Part shown: positions 45,045-55,603 of the stretch, piece by piece
How the letters are laid out: every line of letters begins with the position of its first letter
Numbering within the stretch: the stretch's first letter is position 1
From: Candidatus Hydrogenedentota bacterium
GTDB taxonomy: Bacteria; Hydrogenedentota; Hydrogenedentia; Hydrogenedentales; JAEUWI01
Direction: 5' to 3'
Assembly (NCBI GenBank): GCA_034669905.1
Contig: JAXMOL010000047.1
Span: forward strand, 1-63,819
DNA length: 63,819 bases
Translations under genes and position numbers: made by a program
Notes under the pieces: generated by a model
What the model saw: only the letters and a program-made list of their open reading frames with translations
Told to the model about the DNA's origin: nothing
The model's database searches: none

Positions 45045-45802
45045 TACATGCTCATCTTCTTGAATTGCCACCGGGGGATTGCCTTGATAATCATCATGAT
45101 ATAGCGCCAGAAAAAGGGGACATAGGCCTCGTTCTTACCCAGGCTCACCGCGCGGAAGATGGCGTTGCCTGCCTGCTCCGGTGAGGCCACCAGGGGGCCG
45201 GGCAAGGGCAGTCCATAGGTCATCTTCGTGTCGACAAAGCCGGGTTGGATGGTGGTCACGGTCACATTGGCCTTGAAGAGACGGACGCGCAGGCCTTCCA
45301 GATAACAGGTAAGCCCGGCTTTGGTGGCCCCGTAAATGTAGTTGCTTTGCTTGCCCCGCTCGCCCGCAACCGACGACAAGACGCCCATAAAGCCCGAGCC
45401 TCGGGTTTCGAATACCGCGGCGAAGCGTTCGAGGATCGAGATGGCCCCGGTGAGGTTGGCATCTACCATCTTTTGTACTTCAGTGATGTCTGTCTGGGCA
45501 GCTTCCTGCTCGGCCATATAGCCAAAGCCGAGGATGAGCCCCGTGGGGTTGGTGCCCAGTGCGGCCTCGCAGGCGGTGACGAAGGCCCCATGGGAGGCCA
45601 CATCGGTGCCGTCAAAATGGAGGGCGTGGCAGGGAACTTCATAGCGCACCCGCAGGTCGGCCGCCAGGCATTCGTTTTCTCCATCATCACGGGCGGCCAA
45701 CACGAGGGCATAGCCTGCTGCGGCATAGGCCTGGGCCGTGGCCCGCACAATGCCCGAGGTGGACCCCAGAATTACGACGCTCTGTTGAAAATCGGTGCTC
45801 AT
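45044..45802 (-). CDS. SDR oxidoreductase, DprE2-like
   Basis: GSTSGI, SSVAGERG, YIYGATKAG, PGFVDTKMT; directly downstream of the DprE1-like gene. Confidence 0.85.
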   Translation of the reverse strand: MSTDFQQSVVILGSTSGIVRATAQAYAAAGYALVLAARDDGENECLAADLRVRYEVPCHALHFDGTDVASHGAFVTACEAALGTNPTGLILGFGYMAEQEAAQTDITEVQKMVDANLTGAISILERFAAVFETRGSGFMGVLSSVAGERGKQSNYIYGATKAGLTCYLEGLRVRLFKANVTVTTIQPGFVDTKMTYGLPLPGPLVASPEQAGNAIFRAVSLGKNEAYVPFFWRYIMMIIKAIPRWQFKKMSM

Positions 45803-47145
45803 CCTACCAATCCCAGTCGACGGGCCATGGACGACGTGAGGACGCCCTTCGGGTCGAGTCGTTTTTGAATGGCCTTAAAAGTTTCCAGGCGCGGATACAT
45901 GGCCGCGATGGTTTCGGGCGTAGACACGGCATCCTTTGCGAGATAGAGTCGCCCGCCATGATCGAGGAGGATACGGTCCAGCTCATGAAGGAAGGGCGTC
46001 AGGCTGCCGCGGTTAGGCAGGTCCAGGGTGAGGGTGTAGCCCTTCATGGGATGGGAAAGGAGCCCGTCGTTTTGCTCGCCGAACGTTTTTAATACGGCGA
46101 GGAAAGAAGCCCGTCGGGACTGGGAGAGTCGTTCGAGGATTTTCACCAGTCCGTCTTTACTTTCAAAGGGAAGGGTCGCCTGAAACTGGGCAAAACCCTG
46201 TTTTCCGTAGAGCCGATTCCAATGGTGGATGGCGTCCAGCGGGTAGAAATACTGGTTGTAGTCGACGATTTTTCCCGTAGTGGTGGGATGGGCCGCATAA
46301 AAGGCCGTATTAAAGGCCTGAATGCTCAGGGGATTCAGCACGAAGGACGGGCAATGGAAGGGCACGACCTTGGGCAAGCCCCCTTTTACGGCGAAGGGGT
46401 CTGTGGCGCGATGGCCCGTGAGGGCTTCTGCCGGCGCGTGGTTCCCCTGCATCAACACCGAGCGTCCGAGCCGGTTGCCCTTGGCCAGGCAATCCACCCA
46501 GGCCACCGAGTATTGATAGTCGTTGTCCGTGGCGGCCATGGCCTCCAGGGCGCTGTCGAGGTTGGTGCACTGGGTGTAGTCGGTGCTGATATAGGCACTT
46601 TCTACGGGCATGAGGCGAAGCTGCGCGGTGAGAATGATCCCGGTAAGACCCACGCCCCCGGCGGTTGCCCAGAATACGTCTTCGTTCTCATCCCGCGAGC
46701 AGGTCAGGATATCGCCCTTGGGGATGAGGAGGGTGAAGGATTCGACGAATTCACAGAAGGTGCCGTCGCAGTGGTGGTTCTTACCGTGGACATCGTTGGC
46801 AATGGCGCCGCCCACGGTGACAAACTTGGTGCCCGGGGTTACCGGTACGAAAAAGCCCCGGGGCAGGAAGGTGTCGATAATTTCCGCCAGGCTCACGCCT
46901 GCTTCGCACTCGAGCAGCCCTTCCTCCGGATCAAAGGCGAGCATGCGGTTCAGGCGCGACATGTTGACCACGCCCTGTCCACCGTTTACCGCCGTATCGC
47001 CATAGCTCCGCCCCAGCCCGCGGGCAATGAGGGAGTCTGTGTGTTTACAGGCAATAATTTCGGAGAGGGCACGGCGTTTTTCGGGCCGAAAGACGTGGCA
47101 GGGTTCGGGATTCATACCGCCCCAGCCCGTCAGGCTTTGTTCCAT
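45799..47145 (-). CDS. FAD-linked oxidase, DprE1-like
   Basis: LTGWG, RGLGRSYGD, PVTPGTKFVTVGGAIANDVHGKNHH, YSVAWVD, GGRLYLAKD. Confidence 0.9.
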   Translation of the reverse strand: MEQSLTGWGGMNPEPCHVFRPEKRRALSEIIACKHTDSLIARGLGRSYGDTAVNGGQGVVNMSRLNRMLAFDPEEGLLECEAGVSLAEIIDTFLPRGFFVPVTPGTKFVTVGGAIANDVHGKNHHCDGTFCEFVESFTLLIPKGDILTCSRDENEDVFWATAGGVGLTGIILTAQLRLMPVESAYISTDYTQCTNLDSALEAMAATDNDYQYSVAWVDCLAKGNRLGRSVLMQGNHAPAEALTGHRATDPFAVKGGLPKVVPFHCPSFVLNPLSIQAFNTAFYAAHPTTTGKIVDYNQYFYPLDAIHHWNRLYGKQGFAQFQATLPFESKDGLVKILERLSQSRRASFLAVLKTFGEQNDGLLSHPMKGYTLTLDLPNRGSLTPFLHELDRILLDHGGRLYLAKDAVSTPETIAAMYPRLETFKAIQKRLDPKGVLTSSMARRLGLVG

Positions 47146-47379
47146 GTTGGCCTCGGCCACAGCGCATTTCCTCGTGTGATGGACGCGTCCCGGCCCGCGA
47201 TGGTGAGCCGGACAGCCCACGATCTTGGGGAAGGGGTAGCGTCATGTGTGCGAAAAGCCGCCCGGAGGCGATAGAATGGTGTCGAGAGTATAACGAGGCG
47301 GCCTGAAAAGATACAAGTGCCGTCGCCCCTTCGGCTTAACCCGGCTGCCCTTGTGTTGCCCGAAAGCATGTTTTTCTCC

Positions 47380-48783
47380 ATGACCAGCCCCACCCCCGAA
47401 AACCTCGTATGCCGGGCAACCCATGCGCTGCGGACGGCCCTGCCCGGCGCGGTGACGGGGACCGTGTTGCTGGCGGTATCGGGCGGGGCCGACTCCATGG
47501 CCCTGCTACATCTCCTCCATCGGGGCGGCGTTTCGGTGGCCGTGGCCCATTTCGATCACCAGACCCGCGGTGGGGCAAGCACGGCCGAAGGGGACTTCGT
47601 GGCCCAGGTCGCGGCCGATCTGGGCGTGCCCGTGCACCGCGGTGCTGCGGATGTGCACCACGAAGCGGCGGCGTCCAATGAGAGTTTTGAGATGGTGGCC
47701 CGGCGACTGCGCTATGCCTATCTGGTGGAGACCGCCCAAACGGCGGGCTACAGCGCGTTGCTCACGGGACATCACGCGGATGACCAGGCCGAAACGGTGC
47801 TCATGCGCGCCCTCCGGGGCACGAGCCCCACGGGGCTGGCGGGTATCCAGGCCGTGGGCACCGTGTCGGGCCTGCCTCTGCTGCGTCCTCTCCTGGCATT
47901 TCGACGGGCCGAACTCGAGGCCTGGCTACGGGGGGAGGGCCTCGGCTGGATGGAAGACGCCAGCAATCAGGTAGAAGACGTGGTGCGCAACCGCGTCCGG
48001 CATCAGCTGATGCCCCTGCTCGCGCGGGACTACAATCCCCGGGTGGTGGAGGCCCTGAACCGGCTGGCGACCATTCAGCAACGGGAATCGGCGTTGCTCA
48101 CGCGGCTGGCCGAGGAGGCCCGGCGGAATTGTGTGGGCGAAGAGGGTATTGCGCGGGCCGCGTTTTCGGAGTTGGATGAGGCCCTGCAGTTTCGGGTGAT
48201 GACGGCGTGTATTCAGGCGGCCGGTGGGGAAGCGACGGCTGACACCGTAAGTCGTGGCGTGGCCTTTATGGAGCAGGGCGATACGGGGAAAATGCTGGAT
48301 GTGGGCAACCGGATTTTCCTCCGTCTGAGCCGCGGGCATGGCGTGCTTGAGGGGGACACACCGTCTTCCACGGAAGGGCAGGCGTGGGTGTTACCCCTTC
48401 CCGGTGACGTGGTGGTGGCGGGATGTACCGTGCACTGTCGTGTGCTGGACCGCGCTCCCGAGGAGCCGCTAAAACGGTATTGCAGCCCGATCCGACAGGT
48501 GTTCGATGGGGGCGCCCTGCGCGGCCCGCTGACCCTGCGCACCCGCCGTCCGGGGGACCGATTTCAGCCCCTGGGCATGTCGGGTACCAGGAAACTGAAA
48601 GATTACTTTAATGATTTGGGCCTGTCCCGTGCGGAGCGCGATCGCCAGTTATTGGTGCAATCCGAGGGCGAGATTCTGTGGGTGGTCGGCCATGCTATCA
48701 GCCGCACCGCCGCGGTGACGGAGGAGACCGAATCGTGGATTGAGATTAACGTGGTGGGCGATGAGGCCCCCGGGGACGCATGA
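47380..48783 (+). CDS. tilS: tRNA(Ile)-lysidine synthetase
   Basis: AVSGGADS PP-loop, HHADDQAET, RNRVRH; adjacent to hpt; start uncertain. Confidence 0.93.
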   Translation: MTSPTPENLVCRATHALRTALPGAVTGTVLLAVSGGADSMALLHLLHRGGVSVAVAHFDHQTRGGASTAEGDFVAQVAADLGVPVHRGAADVHHEAAASNESFEMVARRLRYAYLVETAQTAGYSALLTGHHADDQAETVLMRALRGTSPTGLAGIQAVGTVSGLPLLRPLLAFRRAELEAWLRGEGLGWMEDASNQVEDVVRNRVRHQLMPLLARDYNPRVVEALNRLATIQQRESALLTRLAEEARRNCVGEEGIARAAFSELDEALQFRVMTACIQAAGGEATADTVSRGVAFMEQGDTGKMLDVGNRIFLRLSRGHGVLEGDTPSSTEGQAWVLPLPGDVVVAGCTVHCRVLDRAPEEPLKRYCSPIRQVFDGGALRGPLTLRTRRPGDRFQPLGMSGTRKLKDYFNDLGLSRAERDRQLLVQSEGEILWVVGHAISRTAAVTEETESWIEINVVGDEAPGDA

Positions 48784-49307
48784 TGAAACTACGCCTGAAC
48801 GAAAAACCGCTGATTGACGCGGCGCAGGTCCAGCAGCGCATTGGTGCGTTGGCGACCGAGATTAGCGCGGCCTATGCGGGAAAGGATCTCGTGTTGCTGG
48901 TGGTGCTGAAAGGGTCCGTGCCCTTTAGTGTAGACCTCATGCGGCAGCTCAACGTACCCCTGGAAGTGGACTATATCCGGGCCAAGAGCTATGCGGGTAC
49001 CGAGAGCGCGGGCACCGTGCAATTCACCCACTTGCCAGAAGGGTCGTTGAAAGGGCGGGATGTGCTTATCGTGGAAGACATCCTCGATACCGGACGAACC
49101 GCCGAGGCGATTCGGGATTTTGTGGCGTCCCAACATCCTGCGTCGGAGCGTTTTATTACCCTGCTCGACAAGCCCAGCCGCCGTGTTTTGGACGTGGAAG
49201 CGGATTACGTGGGCTTTATTATCGAAGATCATTTCGTCGTGGGCTATGGCCTGGATTACGACGAGCGCTATCGGGAACTGGATGCAATTTATACGCTGGG
49301 GACGTAG
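48780..49307 (+). CDS. hpt: Hypoxanthine phosphoribosyltransferase
   Basis: VLKGS, VEDILDTGRT, LLDKP, FVVGYGLDY. Confidence 0.95.
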   Translation: MMKLRLNEKPLIDAAQVQQRIGALATEISAAYAGKDLVLLVVLKGSVPFSVDLMRQLNVPLEVDYIRAKSYAGTESAGTVQFTHLPEGSLKGRDVLIVEDILDTGRTAEAIRDFVASQHPASERFITLLDKPSRRVLDVEADYVGFIIEDHFVVGYGLDYDERYRELDAIYTLGT

Positions 49308-49447
49308 GGGCTACGTGCAGACAGCCGGTCGGGGTGGCACCCTAAAGGATGTGCGCCTGACTTGGCCAAAATCGACACTCACTACGGTCATACATTACAA
49401 TGCGCCTCCTTGACCACACCCTGCTATCTACCCCCTGCGAGAACCCC

Positions 49448-50584
49448 ATGACCGAAACCATCCCCATTGCCACCCTCAAGCCCAAAGAAGAACGCCGCAT
49501 TCAGCGGGGCCATGCATGGGCCTATCGCACGGAGTTCGCCAAGCTACCCGAACTTGCCGACGGCGATCTGGTGGATGTGTTTTCCCACGACCGCCGTTTT
49601 GTAGGTCGGGGTTTTTATCAGGCCCAGGGGGGCATTGCGGTCCGCATTCTCTCGAGGCACCAGGAGTCCATTGATCCCACATTCTTTCAGGCCCGGATCC
49701 AATCGGCCCTGGCCCTCCGTCAGGCCCTGTATCCCCACTCACACGCCTACCGGTGGCTCTTTGCCGAGTCCGATGGGATGCCCGGCCTGGTGGCCGATCG
49801 TTTTGGTGGCGTGGTGTCGGTCCAATCTTCCTGCGCGTTCTACGTGCCCTGGATGCAACAGATCGGCGAATTGCTCCTCGCCGAAGAGGGTGTCCACGGG
49901 GTGCGCGTGCAGGTGGCCTACAACATCGAAACCGTGGGCGAAGTGCCCGACGCGGTCGAATTTGAGCTGGAAGGCCTCGCGGTCCAGTTGCGCCTTGAAG
50001 GGGCTCAGAAAACAGGCATGTTTCTGGACCAGCGCCTGAATCGCCTGACGACGCTCCCTTTTTCGAAGGGGGCCCGGGTCTTTGATGGCCATTGTCATTT
50101 GGGGCTCTGGGGCTGCCATGCGGCAAGCGCCGGTGCCCGGGAAGTGGTGGCCGTGGATAGCTCCCAGGCCGCCATCGACCTGGCCCGTGGCAATGCGGAA
50201 CGCAACGGGGTACTGGATAAATTCGACCTTCGCTGTGACGATGTGGAGAAGGTCCTCGCCGCCGAAAAACCCTTTGATGTGGTCGTTATTGACCCGCCGG
50301 CCTTTGCCAAAGGGCGGAGTCAGGCCAAGAAAGCCCAGGGGCGGTATCTGCAGTTGAACCGGGCGGCCATCCAAGCGACCCGTCCCGGTGGCGTCTGCAT
50401 AACCTCGTCGTGCTCCCACTTCATCGACAATGCCACCTTTGTGGATATTGTGAAGCGGGCGGCCGCCTCCGAGAAGCGGACGGTGCAGTTGCTCGAATTT
50501 CGTGGTGCGGCGGCGGACCACCCGGTCTTGCTGTCCATGCCCGAAACGGCCTACCTCAAGTGCGCCGTGCTGCGCGTGCTCTAA
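49448..50584 (+). CDS. RlmI-like SAM-dependent rRNA methyltransferase
   Basis: PUA N-terminus, ESDGMPGLVADRF, QKTGMFLDQR, IDPPAF, DHP...ETAYLK. Confidence 0.88.
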   Translation: MTETIPIATLKPKEERRIQRGHAWAYRTEFAKLPELADGDLVDVFSHDRRFVGRGFYQAQGGIAVRILSRHQESIDPTFFQARIQSALALRQALYPHSHAYRWLFAESDGMPGLVADRFGGVVSVQSSCAFYVPWMQQIGELLLAEEGVHGVRVQVAYNIETVGEVPDAVEFELEGLAVQLRLEGAQKTGMFLDQRLNRLTTLPFSKGARVFDGHCHLGLWGCHAASAGAREVVAVDSSQAAIDLARGNAERNGVLDKFDLRCDDVEKVLAAEKPFDVVVIDPPAFAKGRSQAKKAQGRYLQLNRAAIQATRPGGVCITSSCSHFIDNATFVDIVKRAAASEKRTVQLLEFRGAAADHPVLLSMPETAYLKCAVLRVL

Positions 50585-50713
50585 GCGCGGATATTCAGGG
50601 ACTGTCTCGCCCCGGGTGACGTGGCCGTAGTCGCGGGACGTTGGACGGCTTGTGTTGTCCCGGCCGGCGTGGGGTGTGTTTCTCGCCTGCCTCGTGGGGA
50701 CGGTTGAAACCTG

Positions 50714-52207
50714 TTATCGCGTCATCCGCGTTCCCACAAACACGCCTTCAATATCGAGCTTGTCGTCTTCCCGCACGGTGTGAATCAGATTCCTGTTGGG
50801 CGTGACCACCATGGCCCGTTGTCGTCCGAGGATGACGTAGGGATATTGCTGCCCCACGATGCCGCCTTCGCTGAGGGTGTACTTACCGTCCCGTGTGAAG
50901 GTGCGGATGAACTGGCTGCCCTTGTATATGTAGGTCCATTGGCCAACAATGGGGTGGATGGGCTGATTGGCTACCTGGTAGGGCGTTTCTCGGGGGAAGG
51001 CGGCGGCCACGGTCGTTTGTGCGCCCCCGTCACGCACCGACAGGGTGTCCATGTAAACAGGCAATTTCCGCAGGGCATCCGCCGCGCGGTAGGGGCCCTT
51101 TTTGGAGGCCTCCGGCGTCATCGGGTGGGCGAGAAGGGTGTACTCGCCGGGCGCGACATCTTTCAGCGTGACTACCCGTTCCTGGGCCAGGAGGCGATGG
51201 GCCAGGGGTTGGTCCAACAGATGTTGTACGTCGCCGAGGAGTCCTGAGGGCGCTTCCTGTTTGCCGAAGAAAAGCAAGACCTGTATCTGGCGGACGCCCT
51301 CGGGTACATTCACAAAGGAGCATTTCACTTCGGCGCCGCTATCGAGTGCAAGGGGCTCCAGCGTGTTGGCACCCGGGGTGATCGTGACATCCAGGAGTTG
51401 ACTGGCCCGGCCCGGTGCACTGACCTGCAGCGTTCCGCCTCCGGTGGGAAGCCCCTTTAATACGAAGCGTCCATCGCTTCCGGTTGCGACGGTCAGGGTG
51501 GTGTCGCTTTCCTCATCCACGTGACGGAAGGTGACGTCGGCGCGCGCGGGGTTGCCATGGGGATCCGTTATCGTACCAGCAAGGGACGCCATGCCCGCAG
51601 CGAAGTGAAGGCGGACCACATTGTTTCCGTTGGGGACGACCATGGCCTCCTCCGTCCGTTGATAGCGCCGTGTGTGGCTGCGATCTTCGAGGCGTACGGT
51701 AACCTGGGCCCGTCCCGTGGGGAGTCCCTTCAGGGTGAAGCGTCCGGCATCACTTGCTTGGACGAGGGATTCAAAGCCGTTGCTGGCAAAATAGGCTGCG
51801 ACCCACGCCGGCGCGAGATCGGGCTGGTCGGTTTCGATGCTACCTGAGAGGGTGTTGCCTTCCTGCAAATAGAGCTCCGGGCCTTTGTCCCCTTCGATTT
51901 TGGAGATGGATTTGGATTCGGGCAGATAGGCTTCGTGGAACGCGGAAAGGGTAAAGGGGGGTGGGTAGGGGGTTTCGAGGGAGAATTTCCCCTCGGCACT
52001 GGTCTCGATGTAGGTGCCCATAACTTGTTCGAGGGGCGAGGGGATAGTGCCCACGGTGACCCGGGCGCCTGCAATCGGAACGCCATTCCCGTCTAGCACC
52101 GTGCCCCGCAAGGTGTAAGGTTTGACCTCCGTTTCCTGCGCGGCGAGGGGGGAGCCCCATAGGATGACGTGGAGCAGTAGTAAAAGTATACCGCGAGATA
52201 AATTCAT
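50714..52207 (-). CDS. Secreted protein with carboxypeptidase-regulatory-like repeats
   Basis: Signal peptide; GTVLDGNGVPIAGARV and GRFxLKGLP repeats. Confidence 0.7.
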   Translation of the reverse strand: MNLSRGILLLLLHVILWGSPLAAQETEVKPYTLRGTVLDGNGVPIAGARVTVGTIPSPLEQVMGTYIETSAEGKFSLETPYPPPFTLSAFHEAYLPESKSISKIEGDKGPELYLQEGNTLSGSIETDQPDLAPAWVAAYFASNGFESLVQASDAGRFTLKGLPTGRAQVTVRLEDRSHTRRYQRTEEAMVVPNGNNVVRLHFAAGMASLAGTITDPHGNPARADVTFRHVDEESDTTLTVATGSDGRFVLKGLPTGGGTLQVSAPGRASQLLDVTITPGANTLEPLALDSGAEVKCSFVNVPEGVRQIQVLLFFGKQEAPSGLLGDVQHLLDQPLAHRLLAQERVVTLKDVAPGEYTLLAHPMTPEASKKGPYRAADALRKLPVYMDTLSVRDGGAQTTVAAAFPRETPYQVANQPIHPIVGQWTYIYKGSQFIRTFTRDGKYTLSEGGIVGQQYPYVILGRQRAMVVTPNRNLIHTVREDDKLDIEGVFVGTRMTR

Positions 52208-52559
52208 AGCATATAGCCTCCCAGATATGTATGTCGCCGCTACAATGTCGGTTGGGCCGTAGCATAACACGGTGAATTGGAGAGGCGCGATGTTCTCCGG
52301 AGTTGTTGCGCATCACGTAATGCGGGGCTGCGGCAGTCCCTGAGGGCACCGTGGTACGGGCTGCGTGGGTCGCGGTGGGCGTGCGCCGTGCCCGAAAAAT
52401 GCGCGGGGGGTGTAACTTTTCCGGCGGGCGCGGTGTCTATAGGGTATTGAACCCATTTTCAGGATGTGTTCTTGACGTAGTGAAGGCCCTGCAATCCGTT
52501 TCTTGCGATTCCCGGATGGCAGGGCCTTTGTGGTCTGTAAGTGTTTTTCTTGAAACGGG

Positions 52560-53450
52560 TTAGTGTTTTTGGGCCGGGTGTACACCTGCCACCGTGGTCT
52601 TCACCGTGTACACACTGGTCAGGGCGGTGACGTAGAGGGTCTTTCCGTCGGGACCGCCGAAGCCGCAGTTCTTGGGTTCTTCGGGGGTATTTACCGATTC
52701 GAGCAGTTGGCCCTGGGGGGAGTAAACGTTGACCCCTACCTTGCAGGTGGCCCACACATTGCCTTCCACATCGGCCTTGATACCATCCGGTGTGGGCAGG
52801 TGACAGAAAAGTTGGCCATCGTGGTAGTTCCCGTCGTCCCCCCGGGTGAAGGCCATGATGTCGCCCATAATGTCGGAGGGAGCATGATCGCCCTCCGTAT
52901 CGGCCACGTAGAGGGTCTTCTCATCGGGAGACAGGCAGAGGCCGTTGGGTTTCTTGAAGTCCTTGCTGACGAGGGTGACCGCCTTGGTTTCCGGGTCCAG
53001 GGCGTAGGTGCCGCTGTAGCCCAGCTCCGAATTCTTCATGCCCCCATCGAGGCCATAGGGCGGGTCGGTGAAAAAGATCATGCCATCACTGCGGACGACC
53101 ACATCGTTGGGGCTGTTAAATCGCTTGCCTTCGAAGCGCTCGGCCAACACGGTGATGGAGCCGTCTTTCTCCGTGCGGGTGACGCGACGGGTGGCGTGCT
53201 CGGCCGCAATCAGGCGGCCTTCCCGGTCAAGGGTGAGTCCGTTGGATTTCCCGCTGGGCTCCCGGAAAACATGGCCCGTGCCGGTGTAAATGCGGTTCGC
53301 CGGAATGTCGCTGAAGAGAAGGGTGCCATCGGCGCGCCAGACCGGGCCTTCGGTAAACTTATAGCCCGAGGTTAAGACGGTAATGGTGGACGGGTCATGA
53401 AGCCCGCCCAGCGCTACGGCCGCAGCGCCGATAAGAAATGCAGATACCAT
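52560..53450 (-). CDS. SMP-30/gluconolactonase/LRE family protein
   Basis: FTEGPVW, SNGL, FNSPND, FTDPPYG, PNG, PDG. Confidence 0.92.
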   Translation of the reverse strand: MVSAFLIGAAAVALGGLHDPSTITVLTSGYKFTEGPVWRADGTLLFSDIPANRIYTGTGHVFREPSGKSNGLTLDREGRLIAAEHATRRVTRTEKDGSITVLAERFEGKRFNSPNDVVVRSDGMIFFTDPPYGLDGGMKNSELGYSGTYALDPETKAVTLVSKDFKKPNGLCLSPDEKTLYVADTEGDHAPSDIMGDIMAFTRGDDGNYHDGQLFCHLPTPDGIKADVEGNVWATCKVGVNVYSPQGQLLESVNTPEEPKNCGFGGPDGKTLYVTALTSVYTVKTTVAGVHPAQKH

Positions 53451-53557
53451 GAAAACTCATCCTTGTTGTGTTGGGGTTGGTGTTCCGGTGTGCGTGCTTC
53501 GATTCTAAGTCAGAGAGAGCCGTGCGTACCAGTGGGATCCGATGGTGGCGCGGACTC

Positions 53558-53640
53558 ATTCCCTTCCACGGAGCGGCGAGGGGCGGGTTTGCGACATGGT
53601 TTCCCGCTTGACCCACCCCCAGCCCCTCCAGGGAGGGGAG
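53558..53640. repeat. REP-like doublet, CCCCTCC-nnn-GGAGGGG family
   Basis: TGACCCACCCCCAGCCCCTCCAGGGAGGGGAG at 53609, near-identical to 32001; decayed inverted partner upstream. Confidence 0.65.
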
Positions 53641-53704
53641 GCTTTGGTAAATTGCCGGTAGTCTTCGAAGTGACGACGTGCTTGGCAATGGGCACGACAT
53701 GGAT

Positions 53705-54151
53705 TCAGGGAAGGACGACCACCTCCGCCGTGATCGAGTTGGCGATGAAACAGTGTTCATGGGCCTTTTCGTGGATGGCCGCAATGCCCTCGGCGTCGGG
53801 TTGCCGCTCGCCGCTGAAGACAATGGTGGGATGCAGTTCGATGCGCGTGATGGCAAACTTGCCTGCGTCGTTCTTGTCCAGAACGCTGGTGGCGGTATCC
53901 ACGTAGGAGTCGACCGTATAACGCTTCTTCGCGGCGATGGCGAGGAAGGTCAGCATGTGACAACTCGATAGGGCGGCGGTGAGGGATTCTTCCGGGTCGA
54001 CGCAGGCCTCGCTGCCGAGGTAGTCCGGCGCGGCCGAGGCGTTGAGCTGCTGGCCGTTGGGGAACTGTATGGTGTGTTCCCGGTTGTAGGTGTCGAAGCT
54101 GAAGTCGTCGGTTTGGCGTTGCCACTGAATGGTGGCCTGATGGCTGGACAT
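53705..54151 (-). CDS. OsmC/Ohr family protein
   Basis: DPEE...SSCHMLTFL and AHEHCFIANS; start placed at ATG 54151. Confidence 0.9.
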   Translation of the reverse strand: MSSHQATIQWQRQTDDFSFDTYNREHTIQFPNGQQLNASAAPDYLGSEACVDPEESLTAALSSCHMLTFLAIAAKKRYTVDSYVDTATSVLDKNDAGKFAITRIELHPTIVFSGERQPDAEGIAAIHEKAHEHCFIANSITAEVVVLP

Positions 54152-54273
54152 GGGGTGCTCTCCTATGGGTTGTCTACGGCTATCAGCATAGCACCCCCAA
54201 CCAGCGGCGGGCGAGAACGGGGTCTCGGGGAATCGCCCTTCGAGTCGCTTCATTCGCGCAAAGCGCGTCCAGT

Positions 54274-54424
54274 CGTGCCGCGCGCTCCCCAATAGGAGCC
54301 TTTTTGACGAGGCCTGACGGGTCCGTGCGTATGTCACTATTTCGAATACGCAGAAGCCTCTGGTATTGCTCAAATTGGTTACACCAATCGCACGAACCCT
54401 CGTGCCTCGGGATCGCGCGGCACG
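54274..54424. repeat. 151-bp intergenic element with perfect 11-bp terminal inverted repeats
   Basis: CGTGCCGCGCG at 54274 and CGCGCGGCACG ending 54424; related to 19097-19268 and 56538. Confidence 0.6.
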
Positions 54425-54546
54425 CATGATTTTTCTGGAGTGTCATTGCTAAAACGATATCCGGCGCCGCCCCCGCCTTGGCAGGCGAGGGCCGCCCCTG
54501 ATAAGCTTAGGCCCATCGTTCACTGGCAATCCTGGAGTGTTATCGT

Positions 54547-55443
54547 ATGCTTTCCCAATCTCCTACAAAACCCTGGCTGGTCTCCCTCCATGGGGGGCAC
54601 TCCGGTGCCTATTGCGACCACGCCGAAGACACCCTGGAAGGCCTCGTCCAGGCGGCGGTGGCGTCGGGTATGCATACCTACGGTCTCACCGAGCACGCGC
54701 CCCGCGTGGCGCCGGATCTCGTCTATGCCGAAGAAAAGGCCATGGGCTGGGATGTAGCCCACCTGGAAAAACTCTTCGACGACTACGTGGCGGAGGCCCG
54801 TCGACTCCAGCGGGCCTATTCCGGAGAGATCGCGTTGCTCGTCGGCTTTGAGATCGAGGTGGTCCCGGTCCAGCGCTATGCCACGGTTATGCAGGACCTG
54901 CGCGAACACTACGCCCTCGATTACATCGTGGGCTCGGTCCACTGGGTGGATGGCATTATCATCGACTATACCCGCGCGCTATTTGACGAGGCGGTGGAAG
55001 CCTGTGGGGGACTGGAGGGCCTGGCGCTCCGCTACTACGACACGGTGGCCGATATGCTGGTGGCCCTGCGCCCGGAAGTGGTGGGGCATCTGGACCTCGT
55101 GCGCCGCCATGGCGGGGAGGACCCGGCGCTGGAGACTCCGGCGGTGCGTGAGCGCGCGCGCTCCGTATTGGCGCTGGCAAAGGAGCAGGACGCAATTCTG
55201 GACATCAATACCGCGGCCTATCGCAAGGGGCTGAGCACGCCCTACCCGGCTCCGTGGCTGCTCGAAGCGGCCAACGAGGTGGGGGTGGCCTGTTGCTTTG
55301 GCGATGACGCCCACCGGATTGGGGAGGTAGGCGCCGGTATTCCGGAGGCCCGGGATTATCTGCTGGCCCATGGAATCGAAGAGGTCACCACCCTGTGTCG
55401 CGAAGGCAGCGGACTCGGGCGACAGGAAATATCGCTGCGGTGA
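54547..55443 (+). CDS. PHP-family histidinol-phosphatase (HisJ/HisK-like)
   Basis: SLHGGHS...CDHA, TEHAP, GFEIE, GSVH, GHLD, GDDAH. Confidence 0.85.
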   Translation: MLSQSPTKPWLVSLHGGHSGAYCDHAEDTLEGLVQAAVASGMHTYGLTEHAPRVAPDLVYAEEKAMGWDVAHLEKLFDDYVAEARRLQRAYSGEIALLVGFEIEVVPVQRYATVMQDLREHYALDYIVGSVHWVDGIIIDYTRALFDEAVEACGGLEGLALRYYDTVADMLVALRPEVVGHLDLVRRHGGEDPALETPAVRERARSVLALAKEQDAILDINTAAYRKGLSTPYPAPWLLEAANEVGVACCFGDDAHRIGEVGAGIPEARDYLLAHGIEEVTTLCREGSGLGRQEISLR

Positions 55444-55453
55444 TTTCCGTTTA

Positions 55454-55539
55454 AACTCCCCTCCTGGGAGGGGCTGGGGGTGGGTCACGTCGGATAGTAC
55501 GCATCAAACCCACCCCTGACCCCTCCCAGGAGGGGAATT
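55454..55539. repeat. REP inverted doublet, CCCCTCC-nnn-GGAGGGG family
   Basis: AACTCCCCTCCTGGGAGGGGCTGGGGGTGGGT and ACCCACCCCTGACCCCTCCCAGGAGGGGAATT form an inverted pair. Confidence 0.8.
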
Positions 55540-55603
55540 CGCAAATACTCCGCGCCAGCGATGTGACACGAGAGCTCTTCCCAAACGACGGATATCCACT
55601 TTC

